Source: Sphingorhabdus sp.
GTDB lineage: Bacteria; Pseudomonadota; Alphaproteobacteria; Sphingomonadales; Sphingomonadaceae
Direction of reading: 5' to 3'
Length of the DNA: 32,000 nt
Assembly: GCF_044239665.1 (NCBI RefSeq)
Contig: NZ_JBIIBA010000014.1
Coordinates: 1 to 32,000, forward strand
Part shown: positions 24,721-32,000 of the stretch, in pieces
Layout: every line of letters begins with the position of its first letter
How positions within the stretch are numbered: position 1 is the stretch's first letter
The notes under the pieces: model-generated
Database searches by the model: none
Seen by the model: the letters and a program-made list of their open reading frames with translations, nothing else
Told to the model about the DNA's origin: nothing
Position numbers and translations under genes: made by a program

Positions 24721-26136
24721 ATGACATCAGTCGTAGCACTTCCCCGATCGTTAAAAGTCATGCACGGCCTTGGCTCAGTTGCTTATGGCGTCAAGGACAA
24801 TGGCTTTTCCGTCTTCCTGTTGATTTTCTATAATCAGGTGTTGGGAATTGACGCCGGCATTGTTGGCACCGTCATCATGGCCGCACTGATATTCGATGCC
24901 TTTGTAGACCCGATCATTGGCGAATTGTCCGACCGCACGCAAAGCAAATGGGGCAGACGCCTGCCCTGGCTTTACGCTGCCGCTATTCCGCTTGGCCTTA
25001 TATGGCTGTTGCTGTGGCACCCGCCTGAAATGGGCCAGACAGGCACGATCATCTGGCTGTTCTGCACGGCGGTCTTGGCGCGCACCTTAGTGGCGATGTG
25101 CGAAGTGCCGTCTATCGCCCTCGTGCCCGAGCTGACCGGCGATTATGACGAACGCACACGTTTGATGCGTTATCGGTTCCTTTTTGGCTGGGCAGGCGGC
25201 TTGCTGATGCTCATTTTCGCTTATGGCATTTTCTTCAACGGAGAAAAGGGTGTGAGCGACCCTGCGGGATATGACGCTTATTCGGTCTGGGGCGCGCTGA
25301 TGATGAGCGGCGCGGTGTTGATCTCCGCGCTTGGCCAGCATCGGCATGTGGCCAAGCAATCCCCCCCAGCACCGCGCGGCGCTGGCTTTCGCCATGCTTT
25401 TGCCGAGGTGAAAGCGACATTGTCGAACCGCGCCTTTCTGTGGCTCGTGTTCGCCGCTTTGTTCGGGCTCATCAATCAAGGGATGACCTTTGCGCTCACC
25501 AATTATCAGCTCTCCTTTCTGTGGCAGCTGCAGCAGATGGAAATGCTTTATTATGCGCTGACCCTATTTTCGACGGTCGTCATTGCGTTCGTCATTGTCC
25601 CGCCTGTCTCCGCCCGAATGGGCAAGAAAAATGCGGCGATCCTGTTCGCGATTATCTCACTGACCTTCACCGGTTCATTATACGGTAGCTGGCTGCTTGA
25701 CCTTGTGCCCGGCGCGCCGTCGGATCCTTCGATCCTGTTCATGTTTGCGTTAATGACCATCGCCAATAGCGCGGCGGTGAGTATGATGATGCTGACCTCC
25801 TCAATGATGGCCGATGTCGTGGAGGCATCGCAGCAGGAAACGGGCCGACGCTCCGAAGGGCTGTTTTTCGCAGGCTATTTCTTCATGCAGAAATGCGCGG
25901 TTGGCATCGGCACCTTTGCCGCCGGGATGATTCTGAGCTTTGCCAATTTCCCGCAAGATGCGAAGCCGGGCGAAGTTGATGTCGCCGTCCTCGACGGGCT
26001 GGCGTTATATTATATGGTCACGGTATTAGGCATTGGCATTATCGGCATCCTGATCCTGCGCCATTTCCCGATTTCGCGCGAAAGTCACAATGAACGCTTG
26101 CGCGCCTTGAACACGGCGACAGAGTCTGCCAGTTAA
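24721..26136 (+). CDS. MFS transporter, GPH (glycoside-pentoside-hexuronide:cation symporter)-like
   Basis: 12-TM-like profile. VDPIIGELSDRTQSKWGRRLPW matches the GPH loop motif. An alternative start lies at 24760. Confidence 0.75.
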   Translation: MTSVVALPRSLKVMHGLGSVAYGVKDNGFSVFLLIFYNQVLGIDAGIVGTVIMAALIFDAFVDPIIGELSDRTQSKWGRRLPWLYAAAIPLGLIWLLLWHPPEMGQTGTIIWLFCTAVLARTLVAMCEVPSIALVPELTGDYDERTRLMRYRFLFGWAGGLLMLIFAYGIFFNGEKGVSDPAGYDAYSVWGALMMSGAVLISALGQHRHVAKQSPPAPRGAGFRHAFAEVKATLSNRAFLWLVFAALFGLINQGMTFALTNYQLSFLWQLQQMEMLYYALTLFSTVVIAFVIVPPVSARMGKKNAAILFAIISLTFTGSLYGSWLLDLVPGAPSDPSILFMFALMTIANSAAVSMMMLTSSMMADVVEASQQETGRRSEGLFFAGYFFMQKCAVGIGTFAAGMILSFANFPQDAKPGEVDVAVLDGLALYYMVTVLGIGIIGILILRHFPISRESHNERLRALNTATESAS

Positions 26137-26168
26137 CCAGTCAATTAAATTTGAAAGAGGAATGAGTC

Positions 26169-27452
26169 ATGGATTTCGATCTCAACGACAAGCAAACATA
26201 TTGGCGGGACCGTATCCGCGACCATAATGAACGCTTCTTGCGTCCACGCGTCGCCGATTATTATGCCGAGCAGGCCGTGGGCGACCGTTGGAAAGTGCTT
26301 CAAGTCGTTGAAGAGGAAAAGGCGCGCGCGAAGGCCGCTGGCCTTTGGAACCTGTTCATGCCGCCAACGTCGGGCCGCGTGCATGTCGACGACAGCGTGC
26401 ATTTCGAAGGCCCCGGCCTCACCAACATGGAATATGCATTGTGCGCCGAAGAAATGGGCCGCATCGGCTTTGCATCTGAAGTCTATAACTGTTCGGCGCC
26501 AGACACCGGCAATATGGAGGTATTCCTGCGCTACGGCACAGCCGCACAAAAAGAAAAATGGATGATTCCTTTGATGAACGGCAAAATCCGTTCTGCCTTT
26601 TTGATGACGGAACCAGCCGTTGCGTCGTCGGATGCCACCAACATCGAAACATCGATCCGCCGCGAAGGCGACGAATATGTCCTCAACGGCGTGAAATGGT
26701 GGTCATCAGGCGCAGGCGATCCGCGCTGCAAAATCGCGATTGTCATGGGCAAGACCGATTTCGAAGCCAAGCGCCATGCGCAGCAGTCGATGGTCCTGAT
26801 GGAACTCGATGCGCCAGGCGTGAACATCCTGCGCCATCTGCCTGTGTTCGGCTATGACGATGCTCCGCATGGTCATATGGAAATCGAATTGAAAGATGTC
26901 CGCATTCCGGCATCGAACATGTTGCTGGGCGAAGGTCGCGGGTTCGAGATCGCGCAAGGCCGCCTTGGACCAGGCCGCATCCACCATTGCATGCGCACCA
27001 TTGGTACGGCGGAAGAAGCGCTGGAGAAAATGTGCAAGCGCCTGCAATCGCGCGTTGCCTTTGGCAAGACCGTTGCCGAACATAGCGTATGGGAAGAGCG
27101 CATTGCGCGTGCCCGTATCGACATTGAAATGACGCGCCTGCTTTGCCTGAAGGCAGCGGATATGATGGACAAGGTCGGCAACAAGGCAGCAGCAGCCGAA
27201 ATCGCAATGATCAAGGTGCAGGCACCAAATATGGCTTTGAGCATCATCGACAATGCCATCCAAGCGCATGGCGGCGGCGGTGTGTCCGACGATTTCGGTC
27301 TCGCATCTGCTTGGGCGCATCAGCGTACCTTGCGTCTGGCCGATGGTCCCGACGAAGTGCATGCCCGCGCCATCGCGCGTATGGAATTGGGCAAGCATGG
27401 CGGCCGTGGCAAAGAAGGCATGTCCAGCGGCGATATGGGGGCAACACGGTGA
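26169..27452 (+). CDS. Acyl-CoA dehydrogenase, ACAD10/ACAD11-type
   Basis: [49 protein letters not shown] and [14 protein letters not shown] match the ACAD10/11 C-terminal domain as I remember it. Confidence 0.85.
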   Translation: MDFDLNDKQTYWRDRIRDHNERFLRPRVADYYAEQAVGDRWKVLQVVEEEKARAKAAGLWNLFMPPTSGRVHVDDSVHFEGPGLTNMEYALCAEEMGRIGFASEVYNCSAPDTGNMEVFLRYGTAAQKEKWMIPLMNGKIRSAFLMTEPAVASSDATNIETSIRREGDEYVLNGVKWWSSGAGDPRCKIAIVMGKTDFEAKRHAQQSMVLMELDAPGVNILRHLPVFGYDDAPHGHMEIELKDVRIPASNMLLGEGRGFEIAQGRLGPGRIHHCMRTIGTAEEALEKMCKRLQSRVAFGKTVAEHSVWEERIARARIDIEMTRLLCLKAADMMDKVGNKAAAAEIAMIKVQAPNMALSIIDNAIQAHGGGGVSDDFGLASAWAHQRTLRLADGPDEVHARAIARMELGKHGGRGKEGMSSGDMGATR

Positions 27453-28537
27453 AGGCTGCCGTTTTAATCGAAGCGGGCAAACCGCTTCAGATTGAGCAGA
27501 TCCATATCTCCAATCCCGGGCCGCATGAGGTGCTGATCCGCACCGCGGCCTGCGGGCTATGCCATAGCGACCTGCACTTCATCGAGGGCACTTACCCCCA
27601 TCCACTGCCCGCCATCCCCGGGCATGAGGCGGCGGGCATTGTGGAGGCTGTAGGCAGCGAAGTGCGCACCGTGAAGGTGGGTGACGCCGTTGTCACCTGC
27701 CTTTCGGCGTTTTGCGGCCATTGCGAATATTGCGTTACTGGACGCATGTCCTTGTGCCTTGGCGGCGACACGCGCCGCAAGGCGGGTGAGGCCCCGCGTC
27801 TGACGCGGCCGGATGGCAGCATTGTAAACCAGATGCTGAACCTGTCGGCTTATGCCGAAATGATGCTGGTGCACGAACATGCATGCGTCGCAATCCATCC
27901 CGACATGCCTTTGCCACAAGCGTCCGTTATCGGCTGCGCCGTGACTACTGGGGCGGGCACGATATTCAACGCGTGCAAGGTAACGCCGGGTGAAACTGTG
28001 GCCGTTATCGGCTGTGGCGGTGTTGGTCTTGCGACCATCAATGCTGCGAAAATTGCTGGCGCTGGCCGCATCATTGCCGCTGACCCCATGCCGGAAAAGC
28101 GTGCGCTTGCAATGCAGCTGGGTGCCACCGATGTCATCGATCCCATGGACGCCGATGCAGCCAAGCAAATTCAGGAATTGACCAAAGGCGGCGTCGATCA
28201 TGCGATTGAGGCTGTAGGTCGTCCCGCATCGGGCGAGCTTGCGGTCAAGTCGCTGAAGCGCGGCGGAACGGCCACCATCTTGGGTATGATGCCGTTGCAG
28301 CATTCGGTTGGCCTTTCGGCAATGGACCTATTGTCAGGCAAAAAACTCCAAGGCGCGATCATGGGCGGAAACCGCTTCCCCGTTGATATTCCACGTCTGG
28401 TGGATTTCTACATGCGTGGGCTGCTTGATCTCGACACCATCATTTCGGAAACCATTCCGTTGGAGCGGATTAACGAAGGCTTTGACCAGATGAAGCGCGG
28501 TGACTCCGCCCGTTCGGTCATCGTTTTTGACCAATGA
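27449..28537 (+). CDS. Zn-dependent alcohol dehydrogenase (MDR family, 362 aa)
   Basis: GTG at 27449 overlaps the upstream TGA. Motifs are [15 protein letters not shown], the CxxCxxCxxxxxxxC structural-Zn loop and GCGGVG. Confidence 0.85.
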   Translation: MKAAVLIEAGKPLQIEQIHISNPGPHEVLIRTAACGLCHSDLHFIEGTYPHPLPAIPGHEAAGIVEAVGSEVRTVKVGDAVVTCLSAFCGHCEYCVTGRMSLCLGGDTRRKAGEAPRLTRPDGSIVNQMLNLSAYAEMMLVHEHACVAIHPDMPLPQASVIGCAVTTGAGTIFNACKVTPGETVAVIGCGGVGLATINAAKIAGAGRIIAADPMPEKRALAMQLGATDVIDPMDADAAKQIQELTKGGVDHAIEAVGRPASGELAVKSLKRGGTATILGMMPLQHSVGLSAMDLLSGKKLQGAIMGGNRFPVDIPRLVDFYMRGLLDLDTIISETIPLERINEGFDQMKRGDSARSVIVFDQ

Positions 28538-29616
28538 GCGCAGCCGCAACCCCGATTGACGCGCAAACCGCCTTTACCGGAACGGTTGCGCCAACCGGAG
28601 CTGACATCCTCGACGCCGATAAATTGGCGGCATGGATGTCGGAAAATGTCGAAGGCTTTAAAGGCCCGGTCGAGATTCTGAAATTCGCAGGTGGGCAGTC
28701 AAACCCGACTTACCGGTTGAACGCGAAAAGCGGTTCCTACGTCCTACGCCGCAAGCCATTTGGTGCTCTGCTACCCAGCGCGCACGCCGTTGACCGTGAA
28801 TATAAGGTGATTGCGGGCCTGTATCCCACGGGCTTTCCAGTCGCCAAGCCATTTGGCCTGTGTGCCGATGACAGTGTCGCTGGTTCGATGTTCTACATCA
28901 TGGATATGGTCGAAGGACGCACTATCTGGGACGGTTCCATGCCGGGGTCAAACCCGCCTGAGCGCCGCGCCACTTATGAGGCGATGATTGATACCCTCGC
29001 GGCCTTGCACAATGTGGATGTTGAAAGCGCTGGCCTGTCCGATTTTGGTAAGCCCGGCAATTATTTCGGGCGGCAGGTGGAACGCTGGACGAAGCAATAT
29101 CGGTTCGCCGAAACCGAAGTCATGCCCGAAATGGAGCGGCTGATCGCATGGCTGCCCAAGACGCTGCCCGAACAAACGCGCACTAGCGTGGTGCATGGTG
29201 ATTATCGCATCGACAATATGATCTTCGATGCCAAAGAGGCGAAGGTCGTTGCGGTTCTGGATTGGGAATTGTCGACCTTGGGCGATCCGCTAGCTGATTT
29301 TACCTATGTCGCAATGGCATGGGTGACGCAAAATGAAGGCCGGTCGGGCATTATGGATTTGGACCGCGCTGCACTTGGCATTCCCGAACTCGACGCGATG
29401 GTGGAGCGTTATTGCGCCGCCACGGGCCGCGACGGCGTGCCCGATATGAACTGGTATTTTGCCTATAATTTCTTCCGTCTCGCTGGGATTGTTCAAGGTA
29501 TCAAAAAACGCGTCATCGATGGCACCGCAAGTTCGTCCCATGCGCAAGCCATGGCCGAACGCGTGTTCCCGCTGGCCGATTCCGCCTGGAAATTCGCCGA
29601 AAAAGCCGGGGCGTAA
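28534..29616 (+). CDS. APH-fold phosphotransferase, ACAD10/ACAD11 N-terminal-domain type
   Basis: ATGA overlap with the ADH gene. FAGGQSNPTYRL, LRRKPFGALLPSAHAVDREY, VVHGDYRIDNMIF and WEL. Confidence 0.8.
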   Translation: MSAAATPIDAQTAFTGTVAPTGADILDADKLAAWMSENVEGFKGPVEILKFAGGQSNPTYRLNAKSGSYVLRRKPFGALLPSAHAVDREYKVIAGLYPTGFPVAKPFGLCADDSVAGSMFYIMDMVEGRTIWDGSMPGSNPPERRATYEAMIDTLAALHNVDVESAGLSDFGKPGNYFGRQVERWTKQYRFAETEVMPEMERLIAWLPKTLPEQTRTSVVHGDYRIDNMIFDAKEAKVVAVLDWELSTLGDPLADFTYVAMAWVTQNEGRSGIMDLDRAALGIPELDAMVERYCAATGRDGVPDMNWYFAYNFFRLAGIVQGIKKRVIDGTASSSHAQAMAERVFPLADSAWKFAEKAGA

Positions 29617-29623
29617 AAATAAG

Positions 29624-29759
29624 TTCCTCCCCATCGACTTGCGATGGGGAGGGGGACCATCCGCAGGATGGTGGAGGGGAATGAAACGTCGCCGCCCCTC
29701 CGTCATCCAAAGCTGCCGCTTTGGCTGCCACCTCCCCATCGCAAGTCGATAGGGAGGAA
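29624..29759. repeat. MITE/REP-like element of about 136 bp with 28-29-bp terminal inverted repeats
   Basis: ttcctccccatcgacttgcgatggggagg (29624-29652) against cctccccatcgcaagtcgatagggaggaa (29731-29759), with one mismatch. An internal hairpin, accatccgcaggatggt, is also present. Confidence 0.6.
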
Positions 29760-29777
29760 TGAGTGAGAGGAATGCAA

Positions 29778-30539
29778 ATGTCATTATTCGATATGACCGG
29801 TAAGGTCGCCATCATCACAGGTTCGTCGCGTGGCATTGGCCAAGCGATTGCCGAAGAAATGGCCGGGCAAGGCGCAAAGGTTGCGATTTCCAGTCGAAAT
29901 ATCGAGGATTGCGAAGCAGTGGCCGCTGGCATCAATGCCAAGCATCCGGGCGCTGCGATTGCCGTGGCCTCAACCCTCTCGTCCAAAGGGTCCTTGCAAA
30001 ACCTTGTCGACGAAACCCGCAAGGCATTTGGCAAAGTCGACGTTCTGGTCTGCAATGCGGCGTCGAACCCGCATTATGGCCCCATGGCGACGATCACGGA
30101 CGAACAACTGCGCAAGGCGCTTGATCACAATATCGTGTCGCAACATTGGCTGATCCAGATGGTCGTGCCCGAAATGATCGAACGCAAATCGGGCTCTATC
30201 GTGATCGTGTCATCCATTGCCGGCTTGCGCGGCTCGCCGATCTTGGGCGCGTATGCGATCACCAAGGCGGCGGATATCCAGATGACCAAAAACCTCGCCC
30301 GCGAATATGGCCCGTATAATGTGCGGATCAATTCGATCGCGCCGGGACTGGTGAAAACCGATTTTGCCAAGGCCCTATGGGAGAACCCCGAAAATCTGAA
30401 GGCGTCTACCTCTGGCGCGGCATTGGGCCGCATCGGCGAGCCGCGCGAGATCGCCGGCGCTGCGGTGTATTTGGCATCCGACGCATCAAGCTTTATGACA
30501 GGGCAGACAATTGTCGTTGATGGAGGCGTCGTCGTATGA
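29778..30539 (+). CDS. SDR-family oxidoreductase
   Basis: [12 protein letters not shown] and YAITK. ATG 29778 lies 7 nt after gagagg; alternative starts are at 29772 and 29763. Confidence 0.85.
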   Translation: MSLFDMTGKVAIITGSSRGIGQAIAEEMAGQGAKVAISSRNIEDCEAVAAGINAKHPGAAIAVASTLSSKGSLQNLVDETRKAFGKVDVLVCNAASNPHYGPMATITDEQLRKALDHNIVSQHWLIQMVVPEMIERKSGSIVIVSSIAGLRGSPILGAYAITKAADIQMTKNLAREYGPYNVRINSIAPGLVKTDFAKALWENPENLKASTSGAALGRIGEPREIAGAAVYLASDASSFMTGQTIVVDGGVVV

Positions 30540-31333
30540 GTGGAGCATTAGCAGGCAAAGTCGCCATCATCACGGGCGCGGGTTCGGGCATTGGCCGGGC
30601 CTCCGCCATCCGCTTTGCGGCCGAGGGTGCGAAGGTCGTTTTGGGCGACATGGCGGCTTCCGTCCATGACACCGCTGCGATGATCGGCGATGCGGCGACC
30701 GCCGTGCAAATGGACGCAGGCGATGAGGCGGATGTCACAGCTTTAGTCGCCAAGGCCATCGCGCTGCACGGACATCTCGACATCGCCTTTGCCAATGCGG
30801 GCATTTCCGGCGGCATGGAGGGTATTTTCGACAATACGGTCGAGAACTTCACCAGCGTTCTGCGCGTCAACCTGATTGGTCCGTGGCTGATGGTTAAGCA
30901 TGCCGGAAAGGTCATGGCCGATGCAGGCAATGGCGGGTCGATCATCTTGACAGCAAGCGTCGCGGGCATTCGTTCGGGCGCAGGCGGACCACCTTATTCG
31001 GCGTCGAAGGCTGGCGTCATCAATCTGGCGCAGGTCAGCGCGCAGCAATTGTCGGGCACCAATGTCCGCTGCAACGCGATTTGCCCGGGCCTCACTGAAA
31101 CCGGCATGACGAAGCCGACTTTCGATTATGCCCGCGAAAAGGGCGTGACCGAAAAAATCGGCCGCCTAAACCCCTTGCGCAGAGGTGCGCAGCCAGAGGA
31201 GCTTGCTAATGTCGCCTTGTTCCTTGCCAGCGACCAAGCCTCTTATGTCAACGGCCAAGCCATTGCCGTGGACGGCGGGCTTTCCAGTTCGCACCCCGTA
31301 ACGCGCCAATTAACAGGACAAACCGCCGTATGA
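30536..31333 (+). CDS. SDR-family oxidoreductase
   Basis: [11 protein letters not shown] and YSASK. ATGA overlap with the upstream SDR gene. Confidence 0.85.
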   Translation: MSGALAGKVAIITGAGSGIGRASAIRFAAEGAKVVLGDMAASVHDTAAMIGDAATAVQMDAGDEADVTALVAKAIALHGHLDIAFANAGISGGMEGIFDNTVENFTSVLRVNLIGPWLMVKHAGKVMADAGNGGSIILTASVAGIRSGAGGPPYSASKAGVINLAQVSAQQLSGTNVRCNAICPGLTETGMTKPTFDYAREKGVTEKIGRLNPLRRGAQPEELANVALFLASDQASYVNGQAIAVDGGLSSSHPVTRQLTGQTAV

Positions 31334-32000
31334 GCGCCGAAGATTTAGGTTTCGTGCCCGACCGCCTCGCGCGGATTCCTGCCTTTATTCAGGCCAATTA
31401 TCTCGACAATGGCAAATTGCCCTTTGCGTCCGTGCTGGTAGGGCGCGGTGACGATATCGCGTTGCAATGGAGCTCGGGCGTTGCCGAAGATGCCATTTTC
31501 CGCATCGCATCGATGACCAAGCCAATCACTTCGGTCGCGTTCATGCAATTGGTGGAACAGGGGAAGGTCGCGCTGACCGATCCGGTCAGCAAATATATCC
31601 CCGAATTTGCAAAATTGGGCGTGTTTGTGGGCGGTGGCGGCAATGTGCCATTTATGACGCGCGCGCCATCCACGCTTATGCGGGTGGTTGACTTGCTGCG
31701 GCATACGGCCGGATTCACCTATAGCTTTCAGGAACAGGGCAATGTCGATGCGGCCTATCGCAAGACCGATGTTGAAAGCTGGAGCAAAAATACATCGCAA
31801 AGCGTGATTGACACGCTCGCGCAAATCCCGCTGGAATTCGACCCGGGCACGCAGTGGAATTATTCGGTTGCCACCGACATCGTCGGCATATTGGTTGAAC
31901 GGATCAGCGGACTATCCCTGCCTGAATATTTCCAAACGCATATTTTTGCGCCTTTGGGCATGACCGATACATTTTTTCAAGTGCCCGCCAATAAGGCAGC
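31330..32000 (+). CDS. Serine hydrolase (class C beta-lactamase/esterase family), 3' end outside the window
   Basis: ATGA overlap with the upstream gene. Hand translation gives [20 protein letters not shown]...[24 protein letters not shown], which contains the SxxK motif. It is not in the ORF track because the frame is open-ended. Confidence 0.75.
   Translation, partial: MSAEDLGFVPDRLARIPAFIQANYLDNGKLPFASVLVGRGDDIALQWSSGVAEDAIFRIASMTKPITSVAFMQLVEQGKVALTDPVSKYIPEFAKLGVFVGGGGNVPFMTRAPSTLMRVVDLLRHTAGFTYSFQEQGNVDAAYRKTDVESWSKNTSQSVIDTLAQIPLEFDPGTQWNYSVATDIVGILVERISGLSLPEYFQTHIFAPLGMTDTFFQVPANKA

Noticed and set aside
27143-27448. A 102-aa N-terminal extension of the alcohol dehydrogenase ORF
   Set aside because: The extension lies entirely inside the ACAD gene in another frame, and its sequence is Arg/Gly-rich nonsense. 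The canonical MDR N-terminus ([13 protein letters not shown]) starts at GTG 27449, which overlaps the ACAD stop.
1-32000. Search for a CRISPR array, tRNA/rRNA genes, a reverse transcriptase/retron or a tRNA-type att site
   Set aside because: I saw no regularly spaced short repeats, no cloverleaf-compatible segment at the island boundary, and no RT motifs (YxDD) in any island ORF. The island boundary abuts a protein-coding gene.

Overview
The window splits sharply at 8900/8901. No database search was possible, so all calls rest on motif recognition and hand alignment.

**Left part (1-8900).** This DNA is visibly AT-richer, mid-40s % GC by eye, with a patch of about 35% GC at 5.8-6.3 kb. It is an accessory island that reads best as two related small integrative elements inserted in tandem just upstream of a DUF2805-family gene.
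- A 693-bp segment (2277-2969) recurs at 8208-8900 with no indels and about 96% identity by hand alignment. It carries a conserved 139-aa gene plus an AT-rich arm-like region.
- The second copy ends exactly at the compositional break.
- The first copy is followed by a 413-aa tyrosine integrase.
- Each element ends with the same backbone: an XRE-like 101-aa gene (A), then a slot, then the 139-aa gene (D), then the att arm.
- The slot holds an unrecognisable two-gene cassette in element 1 (1160-2274). In element 2 it holds only hairpins, including a perfect 20-bp stem.
- Element 2 (2970-8900) also carries:
  - a DUF4019-like protein;
  - a low-complexity protein coupled to a truncated, motif-dead DnaQ-like exonuclease fragment;
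  - a GNAT gene killed by one in-frame TGA;
  - a FimB/FimE-sized minimal tyrosine recombinase;
  - a 210-aa protein with HUH-Rep-like motif order.

**Right part (8901-32000).** This is ordinary chromosome at mid/high-50s % GC by eye. I infer an alphaproteobacterium, probably Sphingomonadales-like.
- Genes, in order: DUF2805, arsC-family, glpQ, panB, yfgM-like/bamB/der, bfr plus an uncalled bfd, DUF418, a Coq4-family protein and purL.
- An 806-bp stretch with no credible ORF follows purL.
- Next comes a lipid/alcohol catabolic cluster. It includes a split ACAD10/11-type kinase plus acyl-CoA dehydrogenase module.
- GC-rich REP/MITE-like palindromes interrupt the intergenic regions.

No tRNA, rRNA or CRISPR array was seen.
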